The translations under genes were made by a program, and so were the position numbers. Positions 7,775 through 15,822 of a stretch of DNA of 32,000 nt are shown in pieces. The notes below the pieces were generated by a model. That model searched no databases. It saw only the letters and a list, made by a program, of their open reading frames with translations, and was not told where the DNA came from. Source of the stretch: Candidatus Methylomirabilis limnetica (GTDB taxonomy: Bacteria > Methylomirabilota > Methylomirabilia > Methylomirabilales > Methylomirabilaceae). The stretch lies in contig NZ_NVQC01000030.1 of NCBI RefSeq assembly GCF_003044035.1, forward strand, positions 30,001-62,000. Direction: 5' to 3'. How positions within the stretch are numbered: the first letter of the stretch is position 1; the number at the start of each line of letters is the position of its first letter.

Positions 7775-8137
7775 GAACTACTCAGGTGTTTAGGCTGTAG
7801 GCTGAAAGCTCTAAATGATCTCGCAAGGCACGAATCAAGCCAGTAAAGAACCCCCCCCCAGCAAGCTGGGGGGCATCGTCTTCTGTTCTGGCCCGTCATT
7901 CCGTGCTTGACACGCCTGCCCCGTACTGGATACGGGGGAATCCAGTCGGACCCCCTGGATACCGGCGCCTGCCCCGGACTCCGATCCGGGGTCCGCCGGT
8001 ATGACGAACTCGCGGCACGCCGCGGGGAATGAACCCCCAGTGGATTCAAGGTCTTGTCGGAGTTTTGTATGATCACGCATGACTTACCCCTAAAAGCCTT
8101 CAGCCTTCAGCCTTCAGCCTATCTACCTTGTAGTTAC
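7775..8137 (+). mobile_element. MITE-like element, copy A (long form with multi-hairpin core)
   Basis: The left end is GAACTACTCAGGTGTTTAGGCTGTAGGCTGAAAGC and the right end is GCCTTCAGCCTTCAGCCTTCAGCCTATCTACCTTGTAGTTAC. The interior aligns with the reverse complement of 16683-16964 and with 26874-27087. No coding capacity is conserved between copies. Confidence 0.6.
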
Positions 8138-9521
8138 CGTGGGCTTTGGATATGCCGTACTTCTTGGCCTTGTAACGAAAGGCGCGAAAGGTGAGATTGA
8201 GGAGTTCTGCAGCCCTGCTCTGGACCCATCCGGAGCGCTCGAGGGCTTGGAGCATCAGATCTTTCTCGATTTCCGAGACGGTGTTTTCCAGGTCGATCCC
8301 CTCCGGCGGAAGGGTGAAGGTCCAGAGCTTTTGCTGCCCGTTACCCTGACTCTCTGTCCTCACCTGCATGGGGATGCTGGTCGGTGTCAACTGATCGGTG
8401 GTCTCGAGGGCGACGGCCCGTTCGATGACATTTTCAAGTTCCCTGACGTTGCCAGGCCATCGATGCCGCATCAGGATCTCCATGGCCTCCGGTGCGATCG
8501 AAGCGGGTCCTCTCCGCTGGTGAAGCACGCACTGGGCCAGCAGATTGTTCGCCAGCAAGGGGATATCCTCCGTTCGCTCACGAAGCGGCGGCAAGGGGAT
8601 CGGGATCACATTCAGCCGATAGAACAGGTCTTCACGAAACGTGCCGTCGACGATTGCCTTCGCCAGATCCTTATTCGTGGCGGCAATGAGACGGATATCC
8701 ACCTCCTGGTCCTCCGTTCCCCCGACCCGCCTGAAGGTCCGCTCCTGCAAGAATCGAAGGAGCTTGACCTGCAGGCTCGGGCTCATCTCGGCGATCTCGT
8801 CCAACAGTACGGTACCGCGATTGGCCACCTCGAATAGCCCGGCCTTGTGCGAGACCGCCCCGGTGAATGACCCCTTCACGTGGCCAAACAGCTCGCTCTC
8901 CAACAATTGCTCGGGAATGGCCCCGCAATTGATGGCAAGAAACGAGTTGTCAGCCCGAGGGCTCGCATAGTGGATGGTTCTGGCCACCAGCTCTTTTCCT
9001 GTTCCACTCTCTCCCGTGATCAGGATGGTCGAATCCAGTCCGGCGACTCGGCTGATCAGCTTATACAGCTCGATCATCTTCGGGCTTCGGCCGATGATCC
9101 CCGTAAGCTGCGCTTCTTCAGGCATCGCCGGCTGGGCGGTCTGATCGCGCTGTTTTGCCCGGCGCTTTGCCAAAGCCTTTTCCACCACCAACCGGATCTC
9201 GTCAATTCGGAACGGCTTGGTAATGTAGTCATCAGCCCCCAAACGCATGGCCTGAATCGTCGAATCCGAAGAGGCGTACGCCGTCATCATGATGACGGGG
9301 AGATGCGGATGTGTTTCTCGTATTCCAGCCAGAAGGCCGATTCCATCCACATTCGGCATACGAACATCAGAGATCACCAGATCGGGGGGCTGGTGCGCGA
9401 TGAGCTGAAGCGCCTGCTCGCCATCAGAGGCGGCGATCACACGGTACCCCTGATGTTCCAGAAGGACGGTGAGGAACTCACGCATCCCCTGCTCGTCATC
9501 GACGACCAATATCGTTGCCAT
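8100..9521 (-). CDS. pilR: Sigma54-dependent response regulator (NtrC family), PilR
   Basis: 473 aa. It has a REC domain (DLVISDVRMP), an AAA+ domain with GESGTGKE and GSFTGA (a GAFTGA-loop variant), and a C-terminal Fis-type HTH. It is adjacent to pilS and pilA. The last 11 codons and the stop lie inside the terminus of repeat copy A. Confidence 0.9.
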   Translation of the reverse strand: MATILVVDDEQGMREFLTVLLEHQGYRVIAASDGEQALQLIAHQPPDLVISDVRMPNVDGIGLLAGIRETHPHLPVIMMTAYASSDSTIQAMRLGADDYITKPFRIDEIRLVVEKALAKRRAKQRDQTAQPAMPEEAQLTGIIGRSPKMIELYKLISRVAGLDSTILITGESGTGKELVARTIHYASPRADNSFLAINCGAIPEQLLESELFGHVKGSFTGAVSHKAGLFEVANRGTVLLDEIAEMSPSLQVKLLRFLQERTFRRVGGTEDQEVDIRLIAATNKDLAKAIVDGTFREDLFYRLNVIPIPLPPLRERTEDIPLLANNLLAQCVLHQRRGPASIAPEAMEILMRHRWPGNVRELENVIERAVALETTDQLTPTSIPMQVRTESQGNGQQKLWTFTLPPEGIDLENTVSEIEKDLMLQALERSGWVQSRAAELLNLTFRAFRYKAKKYGISKAHGNYKVDRLKAEG

Positions 9522-9524
9522 TAC

Positions 9525-9699
9525 GTAACTCCTCAGGTAGATAGGCTAAAGGCTGGTAACTACTCAGGTGTTTAGGCTGTAGACTGAAGGCTGTTAGTCG
9601 TTGCGCATGGACCGAATCAAGCTATTCAAAACCTTCTCGGTTTCTACCCCTAAAAGTCTTCAGCCTTCAGCCTTAGGTCTTAGGTCTTAGGTCTTAGGT
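9525..9699 (+). repeat. Solo element terminus (9525-9555) plus short MITE-like copy E (9556-9671) ending in CTTAGGT x4
   Basis: GTAACTCCTCAGGTAGATAGGCTAAAGGCTG is followed by GTAACTACTCAGGTGTTTAGGCTGTAGACTGAAGG...CGTTGCGCATGGACCGAATCAAG...ACCTTCTCGG...TACCCCTAAAAGTCTTCAGCCTTCAGCC. Four CTTAGGT units follow (9672-9699), and these overlap the pilS stop codon. Confidence 0.8.
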
Positions 9700-11373
9700 C
9701 TGTTCATCCGGGGCCTGTTTGAGCAAGACCCTGAAGGTTGACCCGCTCCCCTCTTTACTGATCACCTCGATCCGACCGCCGATATTGTCGATGATCTTCT
9801 GCGTAATGGCAAGCCCAAGGCCTGTACCGCCAGGCCTCGTCGTATAGAATGGATCAAAGATCCGTTTGAGCTCTCCTGGCGAGATCCCCCGTCCTGTATC
9901 AGTCAACTCAATCGCCACCCAGCCGTCGCCGTTTGTAGATCCATGACGGCGGATGGCAAAGCTGAGCTGCCCGCCCATCTGCATGGCCTGAATCGCGTTG
10001 AGCCCAAGGTTCCAAAGCGCCTGTTTTAACTGATCAGGATCACCTGCAGCCATAACCTCCTCGGCCTCCCGCTGAATGGAAAAGGTCACTGGGTGGGCGC
10101 TATCGCAACTCTTTTCCAAGAGCAAGACCGCCTCTGCGACCAACGCCACGAGATTGCACCGCTTCTGTGATGCCAGGGTCGGCTTGGCAAAATCCAAAAA
10201 CTGCCCCGTCACCAATTTCAATCGCTCGGCCTCGCGAAGAACAATATCGAGCAGTTGAGGCTTGGCCGTTCCAGCTTCCTTCATCAGCTCAATACAGCCG
10301 CTGATCGCGGCCAAGGGATTCCTGACTTCGTGCGCCAGTCCGGCCGCCAGTTGTCCCGCCGCCGCAAGCCGGTCGGCTTGGCGAAGCCTGGCCTCCGTCT
10401 TTTTCCATTCCGTCAGGTCCTGAAAGATGCCCACGAGACCTACGAGCCTGCCCTCAGACGACTTCAGCGGTGTCAGGTTGATCCCGACCGGGATAGATTG
10501 GCCATCCTGACGCTTAATCTCAAACTCCTGGGAGAGTCCGCCAAAGGTGGGTGTGGGGGCAGAGAAGAACGTCTCAAGTTGCTTGATCTCTCCAAAAGGG
10601 GTCTCTCGCCAGCTCTTATCTCGTATCTGTTCGGCCGTGATGCCGATGATCCTTTGCGCGCTCTGGTTCAACGACACGATCTTCCCCTCGAGGTCCAGCG
10701 TCACGATCCCGCTCGGGATTTGCTCGACGACGTCCTGGTGAAGGGTCCGCAGATTGCGGAGGTCGATCCGTCGCTCTTCCAGCTCGCGACCCGCCTCTTT
10801 GAGCCGCCCGGCAAGTTGGCTGCCCAGGAGAGCCACAAGAAAAAACGTCACGCTGTTGACGAAGAGCTGCAAGAGCGCGTATGCGGGATCGTGCGCGGTG
10901 CTTCCCGTGGAGAGGAATTGCGCCCGATTCGTAAGTCCATAGAGCTGGAGATTAATTAGTACTCCATAGAGAATAGTGCTTCCGCCGGCGAGCAACAGGC
11001 TCGATCGTCGGGACAGGAGGATGGCCGCGGCCAGGACCGGAAAGATGTAGACAAACGCAAAGAGACTCTCGATCCCGCCGGTATAGTGCACCAGGGCAGT
11101 GACCAGGACGACGTCGATCCAGACCTGCAGGCCACAGAGCCGCCTCAGCCGCGTGGTGCGGTTCAGCGCGCGCAAATAGAGGACGGTGAGAAGGCAGGCG
11201 CAGGCGATGAAGACAAAGAGGGGGGTAAGTGCGAAGGGAGGATGTTCCCGGAGGGCGAGGAGGCCTGCTGAGCCTAAAAACAGGAATGCGACGAGGAGCC
11301 GGAGGCCGATCAGCCACTTGATCTGTCGTCTCAGCGCGGCCTCTTCCGTCGAAAGCGTTTCTGTGCTGAACAT
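9694..11373 (-). CDS. pilS: Sensor histidine kinase, PilS-like
   Basis: 559 aa. It has a multi-TM N-terminal region, a PAS-like segment, an H-box (AHEVRNPL) and HATPase_c (DTGRGI, GTGLGL). It lies immediately upstream of pilR. Confidence 0.85.
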   Translation of the reverse strand: MFSTETLSTEEAALRRQIKWLIGLRLLVAFLFLGSAGLLALREHPPFALTPLFVFIACACLLTVLYLRALNRTTRLRRLCGLQVWIDVVLVTALVHYTGGIESLFAFVYIFPVLAAAILLSRRSSLLLAGGSTILYGVLINLQLYGLTNRAQFLSTGSTAHDPAYALLQLFVNSVTFFLVALLGSQLAGRLKEAGRELEERRIDLRNLRTLHQDVVEQIPSGIVTLDLEGKIVSLNQSAQRIIGITAEQIRDKSWRETPFGEIKQLETFFSAPTPTFGGLSQEFEIKRQDGQSIPVGINLTPLKSSEGRLVGLVGIFQDLTEWKKTEARLRQADRLAAAGQLAAGLAHEVRNPLAAISGCIELMKEAGTAKPQLLDIVLREAERLKLVTGQFLDFAKPTLASQKRCNLVALVAEAVLLLEKSCDSAHPVTFSIQREAEEVMAAGDPDQLKQALWNLGLNAIQAMQMGGQLSFAIRRHGSTNGDGWVAIELTDTGRGISPGELKRIFDPFYTTRPGGTGLGLAITQKIIDNIGGRIEVISKEGSGSTFRVLLKQAPDEQT

Positions 11374-11448
11374 CAGCTCTCAAGAGCAGCTATCAGCTAT
11401 CAGCTAGAACAAGCAGGCTGAGAGCTGACGGCTGATAGCTGATTGCTG
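11374..11448. repeat. Heptamer-periodic imperfect palindrome (CAGCTAT / CTGATAG units)
   Basis: CAGCTCTCAAGAGCAGCTATCAGCTATCAGCT ... AGCTGACGGCTGATAGCTGATTGCTG. It fills the whole pilS-pilC gap. Confidence 0.85.
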
Positions 11449-11452
11449 TCGT

Positions 11453-12664
11453 TCATTTTCCTATCACCGTCACCATCTTGAAGATGGGCAGATACATCGC
11501 CACGATCATGCCGCCCACGACCACTCCGAGGAACACCATCAGTATCGGCTCAATCAGGGCGGTCAGATTTGCGACCGCTTGATCGACCTCGGCATCGTAG
11601 AAATCGGCAATCTTCTCCAACATCGAGTCCAGCGCCCCGGCCTGTTCCCCAACGCTGATCATCTGTACGACCATGGGCGGGAAGACCTTGGAGGCCTTCA
11701 AGGGATCGGCGATGGTCTTCCCTTCAGTGATACTCACGCGGGTCTTCATGATCGCCTCTTCCACAACCTTGTTCCCGGCGGTTTTCGCCGTGATATCCAG
11801 TCCGTCAAGAATGGGGACCCCGCTGGCGATCAATGTCCCAAGGGTCCGCGTAAACTTTGCAACTGCCACCTTCCGTAATAGCGGTCCGAATACCGGGATC
11901 CGCAGAAGTAGCCCATCAACAGTCCTCCTACCCGTCTCCGTTCTATAACTGAGCCGAACTCCAAAGATCCCTGCGATGAAGAGGCCGAGAATGGCCAGGA
12001 TATATGTCTGAACGAGGCGACTCAGCTCCATGACAATTCGAGTTGGCAGGGGAAGCTCGACCTTTGCCCCCTCGAACAACTTCACGAAGGTCGGAATGAC
12101 GAAGACTAGCAGAAAGATGACGACACCGATGGCAACCGTCACGATCGTGCTGGGATAGATCAGGGCCCCTTTGACTTTCCGCCTAAGGGTCATTGCTTTC
12201 TCAATGTACACCGCCAGGCGGTTCAGGATCGTGTCGAGCAGCCCTCCGGCCTCGCCCGCCTCAACCATGTTGGCGTACAGCGAATTGAATGCCGTCGGAT
12301 GGCGTTTGAGGGCTGCCGCGAAGGTCGAGCCCCCCTCCACATCCTCTCTGACCTCGGTGAGGGTTTTCTTGAACTGTTTATTCTCCTGTTGGGATGCCAA
12401 GGTATCCAGACATTGCACCAGGGCGAGTCCGGCGTCCATCATGGTGGCAAGCTGGCGGGTGAAAACGGTCAATTCTTTCTCCTTCACCTTCCTGCCGAAT
12501 CCGGGAATATTGAGCTCGATCGACTTAGACTGCGGCTTGACGGAAATCGGAAAGATCCGTTGTTGGCGGAGCCCCGCAACCACTGCCTCCATGGTCTTGG
12601 CCTCCATCTTCCCGGCAACCACCAGGCCCGCTTGACTTCGTCCGCGATAGGCAAAAATCGGCAT
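11453..12664 (-). CDS. pilC: Type IV pilus platform protein PilC (GspF family)
   Basis: 403 aa. It has two GspF-type repeats and three hydrophobic segments, and lies between pilT and pilS. Confidence 0.9.
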   Translation of the reverse strand: MPIFAYRGRSQAGLVVAGKMEAKTMEAVVAGLRQQRIFPISVKPQSKSIELNIPGFGRKVKEKELTVFTRQLATMMDAGLALVQCLDTLASQQENKQFKKTLTEVREDVEGGSTFAAALKRHPTAFNSLYANMVEAGEAGGLLDTILNRLAVYIEKAMTLRRKVKGALIYPSTIVTVAIGVVIFLLVFVIPTFVKLFEGAKVELPLPTRIVMELSRLVQTYILAILGLFIAGIFGVRLSYRTETGRRTVDGLLLRIPVFGPLLRKVAVAKFTRTLGTLIASGVPILDGLDITAKTAGNKVVEEAIMKTRVSITEGKTIADPLKASKVFPPMVVQMISVGEQAGALDSMLEKIADFYDAEVDQAVANLTALIEPILMVFLGVVVGGMIVAMYLPIFKMVTVIGK

Positions 12665-12673
12665 GATATACCT

Positions 12674-12796
12674 CGTTCAAAGTTCAACGTTCAACGTTCA
12701 AAGTTAAGAGTCTTTACGCCTTGAACCTTGCACGTTGAACATTGCACCTTGAACCTTGAACCTCGAACATTGAACGTTGAACGTTGAACGTTGAAC
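12674..12796. repeat. Heptamer-periodic imperfect palindrome (GTTCAAC / GTTGAAC units)
   Basis: The left arm (12674-12705) has about 4.5 units of GTTCAA[C/A]. The right arm (12718-12796) has about 11 complementary units (CCTTGAA, CGTTGAA, ATTGAAC variants). It fills the pilC-pilT gap. Confidence 0.9.
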
Positions 12797-12797
12797 C

Positions 12798-13877
12798 CTA
12801 GACCCTGCTTTTTTGCTGCGCCCGCTGGATCATCTGGGTCAGTTCGTCAGGCAATGAGCTCCTGAGCATCGCCTCTTCCAGTGTGATGTTCCGCCTCAAA
12901 TAATGCCCAAGGAGCGACTGGTTCATCGTCTGCATCCCGAATTTATCTTGGCCGGCTTGCATCGTGGAGTAGATCTGGTGGATCTTGTCTTCTCGAATCA
13001 GATTGCGGATAGCAGGGTTCGGGATCATGACCTCCAATACGAGCACACGCCCCTGGCCATTGCTCTTGGGGACAAGCGCCTGGCAGAGCACTCCTTCCAG
13101 GACGAAGGAGAGCTGGGCGCGGATTTGCGGCTGCTGATTTGCGGGAAAGACGTCGATGACTCGGTTGATGGTTTCCACGGCCGAGCTGGTATGCAGCGTC
13201 GCGAACGTCAGGTGCCCGGTTTCTGCGATAGTGAGGGCCGCAGCAATTGTCTCCAGGTCCCGCATCTCTCCGATGAGGACCTTGTCGGGATCCTGCCTCA
13301 GGACTCTTCTCAATGCCTCCGCAAACGATTGGGTGTCGGAGTGAACCTCGCGCTGGTTCACGATGCAGCTTTTATGATGGTGCAGGAATTCGATGGGGTC
13401 TTCGATGGTGACGATGTGCTCATGGTGCTCAGAGTTGATCTTATCAATCATGGTGGCCAGCGTGGTCGATTTCCCGGAGCCGGTCGCTCCGGTGACGAGG
13501 ATGAGCCCCTTCGGCTTCTCACAGAGATCGGCCACAATCTTGGGCAGGCCCAATTCCTCGAAGGGGCGAATAGCGTATGGGATGGCTCGGATTGCCATCC
13601 CTACGGCTCCTCGCTGATTATAGAGATTGGCGCGGAACCTGCTCAAGTCCTTAATTCCGAAGGAGAGGTCGAGCTCTTTCTCTTCTTCAAACTGCCGTTT
13701 CTGGGCGTCAGTCAGGACGCTATAGGCCAAGCTTTTCGTTTCTGCTGGGGCCAGTGGCACATCCCCAAGAGGCAAGATTCGGCCGTGTACGCGCAACATC
13801 GGTGGGACGCCCACGGTCAGGTGAAGATCGGAGGCGCCGCGATCAAACATCTCCTTCAACATCTCGTGCAGATTCAT
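12798..13877 (-). CDS. pilT: Twitching-motility retraction ATPase PilT
   Basis: 359 aa. It has Walker A GATGSGKST and the PilT signature AIRNLIRE verbatim. Confidence 0.92.
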   Translation of the reverse strand: MNLHEMLKEMFDRGASDLHLTVGVPPMLRVHGRILPLGDVPLAPAETKSLAYSVLTDAQKRQFEEEKELDLSFGIKDLSRFRANLYNQRGAVGMAIRAIPYAIRPFEELGLPKIVADLCEKPKGLILVTGATGSGKSTTLATMIDKINSEHHEHIVTIEDPIEFLHHHKSCIVNQREVHSDTQSFAEALRRVLRQDPDKVLIGEMRDLETIAAALTIAETGHLTFATLHTSSAVETINRVIDVFPANQQPQIRAQLSFVLEGVLCQALVPKSNGQGRVLVLEVMIPNPAIRNLIREDKIHQIYSTMQAGQDKFGMQTMNQSLLGHYLRRNITLEEAMLRSSLPDELTQMIQRAQQKSRV

Positions 13878-13888
13878 GACTCACGCCC

Positions 13889-14033
13889 TCAACTAGGTGT
13901 CCAGGCTGAAGACTGAAGTATATCAATCATCACGCAACGCTCGAATCAAGCCATTCAAGACCTTCTCGGTAACTCTTCTTTCGGAAATCCTGTGGTTACC
14001 CCTAAAAGCCTTCAGCCTTCAGCCTATCTACCT
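13889..14033 (+). repeat. Short MITE-like copy F (degenerate left terminus)
   Basis: CAACTAGGTGTCCAGGCTGAAGACTGAAG ... CGCAACGCTCGAATCAAGCC...ACCTTCTCGG...TACCCCTAAAAGCCTTCAGCCTTCAGCCTATCTACCTAT. It fills the pilT-pilB gap. Confidence 0.75.
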
Positions 14034-14036
14034 ATA

Positions 14037-15734
14037 TTAAAAGAAACTGGTGACCCGAACGACCTCCGCGACGGTGGTGACGCCTTCCCGAATCTTTTGC
14101 AGGCCGCTCTCCTCCAGGCGCCTCATCCCGTACTTGGCTTGAAGCAGACGAAGCTCACTGATGGAGGCGCCATTCAGGATCGCCTCCCGAATCTGTTCGT
14201 TTAGCAGCACTACCTCGTAGAGGCCGATCCTGCCCCGATAGCCGGTGTCACGACAGGCGTTACACCCCTTTCCCTGATAGCAGGTCAGAGTCTTCGCCTC
14301 CTGCGGACTGAAACCGATGTCCGTGAGGGTTGAGACGGGAACCTTGACCTCCGTCCGGCACTCCGCGCAGAGTCGTCGGACCAGACGCTGGGCGAGCAGC
14401 AGGTTGAGCGAGGCGCTCACCAGATACGCCGGCACGCCCATGCTGATAAGCCGCCCCACCGTACTGATCGCGTCGTTGGTATGGACTGTGCTCAGCACCA
14501 GGTGGCCGGTCAGGGCGGCCTTGATCGCGATCTCGGCCGTCTCGGCATCGCGGATCTCTCCCACCATGATGATATCCGGGTCTTGTCGGAGGAACGACCT
14601 GAGTAGGGACGCAAAGGTCAGGCCGATATCCGGCTTTACCTGAGCCTGGTTGATCCCGGTCAGGTTGTATTCGATCGGGTCTTCTGCGGTCATGATGTTG
14701 GTGCCGAGACTGTTGAGCCGGTTGAGCACCGAATACAGCGTGGTCGTCTTCCCGCTCCCGGTCGGGCCGGTCACCAGGATCATGCCGTGCGGGGCGAGGA
14801 TGGCCTTTTCGAGCCTGACCAGCTCCTCAGGCTCGAGCCCGAGCTTGCTCATGTCCAATTCGATGCTCGCGCGGTCCAAAAGTCGCATGACCACCTTCTC
14901 GCCGAACAGCGTCGGGACTGTAGAGATCCGAAGGTCCAGCTCCCGCTTTTGCATCTTGACCTTGATCCGCCCGTCCTGAGGTATGCGCCGTTCAGCAATA
15001 TCCAATTGCGCCATGATCTTGATGCGAGAGATGACCGCGGCGTGCAGCGTTGTGGGCGGGGACATCACCTCATAGAGGATGCCGTCGAGTCTGAAGCGAA
15101 TCCGGAATGCCTTCTCGTAGGGCTCCATGTGAATATCAGAGGCGCCCTTGTTGATCGCGTCGGTCAGGATGAGGTTGACCAGCTTCACCACCGGGGCGTC
15201 TTCGGTGGATCGATACAGCTCGGCCAGATTAGTTTCCCCACGATTCGGCTCGTCGCTCACCAGCTCCGTTTGCTGAAAGTCCTTGACCAAGCCCTGGGCG
15301 ACTTCGGCAGAGTTATAGTATCTATTGAGGGTATTCTGGATCGTGGCTTTCGGGGCGACCATCGGTTGTATGTTGTGGCCGGTGATGAATCTGAGTTCAT
15401 CGATGGCACCGAAGTCGGACGGGTCCGCCATAGCAACCGTAAGGCTGCTCCCGGACCAACTCAGAGGGACGATCTGATGCTTACGAGCCACCTCGCCAGA
15501 AATGAGATTGAGGACAAGAGGATCGATCTTGATCGTGTTCAGATCAACGGACGGCACCCCATACTGGCGGCCTAGACACGATGCGATCTCATCCTCGTCG
15601 ATATACCCGAGCTTGGCGAGAACCACTCCAATCCGCCCGCCGGTAGTCTTCTGCTTTGCGAGGGCCTGATCTAACTGCTCGGGCGTGATCAGGTTGGCCT
15701 TCAGCAGCATCTCGCCCACTCGTACCTGTGCCAT
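14037..15734 (-). CDS. pilB: Type IV pilus assembly (extension) ATPase PilB (GspE family)
   Basis: 565 aa. It has an N-terminal T2SSE_N/MshEN-type domain, Walker A GPTGSGKTT, and a tetracysteine motif CAEC...CNAC. Confidence 0.92.
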   Translation of the reverse strand: MAQVRVGEMLLKANLITPEQLDQALAKQKTTGGRIGVVLAKLGYIDEDEIASCLGRQYGVPSVDLNTIKIDPLVLNLISGEVARKHQIVPLSWSGSSLTVAMADPSDFGAIDELRFITGHNIQPMVAPKATIQNTLNRYYNSAEVAQGLVKDFQQTELVSDEPNRGETNLAELYRSTEDAPVVKLVNLILTDAINKGASDIHMEPYEKAFRIRFRLDGILYEVMSPPTTLHAAVISRIKIMAQLDIAERRIPQDGRIKVKMQKRELDLRISTVPTLFGEKVVMRLLDRASIELDMSKLGLEPEELVRLEKAILAPHGMILVTGPTGSGKTTTLYSVLNRLNSLGTNIMTAEDPIEYNLTGINQAQVKPDIGLTFASLLRSFLRQDPDIIMVGEIRDAETAEIAIKAALTGHLVLSTVHTNDAISTVGRLISMGVPAYLVSASLNLLLAQRLVRRLCAECRTEVKVPVSTLTDIGFSPQEAKTLTCYQGKGCNACRDTGYRGRIGLYEVVLLNEQIREAILNGASISELRLLQAKYGMRRLEESGLQKIREGVTTVAEVVRVTSFF

Positions 15735-15822
15735 GCATCTATCCTTTCTTGCCTAGCGCTATCGCATCACAACTAACTCAGGCATTAGCATCAAACCATG
15801 ATCTTATTATACCTCGGATAAG

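Noticed and set aside
7753-8080. Small ORFs inside repeat cores (7753-8076, 7835-8080, 16677-16970, 16745-16948, 26830-27081, 24571-24885, 24695-25033) giving peptides such as ...REFVIPADPGSESGAGAGIQ... and ...CQARNDGPEQKT...
   Set aside because: They are translations of the multi-hairpin repeat. The copies differ by indels that change frame and stop positions, starts are not conserved, and there is no SD. They are best explained as non-coding repeat DNA.
9672-9699. Tandem short repeats (heptamer tracts here and at 8096-8120, 12674-12796, 22113-22190) as possible CRISPR arrays
   Set aside because: The unit length is 7 nt with no spacers, and no cas genes are present. This is not CRISPR architecture.
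12903-13916. Long plus-strand ORFs antisense to pilT (337 aa), pilB (14787-15575), pilR (8139-8837, 8880-9575), pilS (10255-10959), HK (21995-22939) and glnD (18303-18776, 18927-19487)
   Set aside because: Each lies wholly inside a strongly supported minus-strand gene with clear family motifs. Their translations are Arg/Pro/Gly-rich and low in complexity, with no recognisable domains. These are mirror ORFs expected at high GC.
15806-15811. Perfect TATAAT (minus strand) about 70 nt upstream of pilB as a promoter
   Set aside because: There is no acceptable -35 hexamer at 16-19 nt spacing (TTGACT lies only 9 nt away) and no TG extension. A single hexamer match is not enough to call a promoter.
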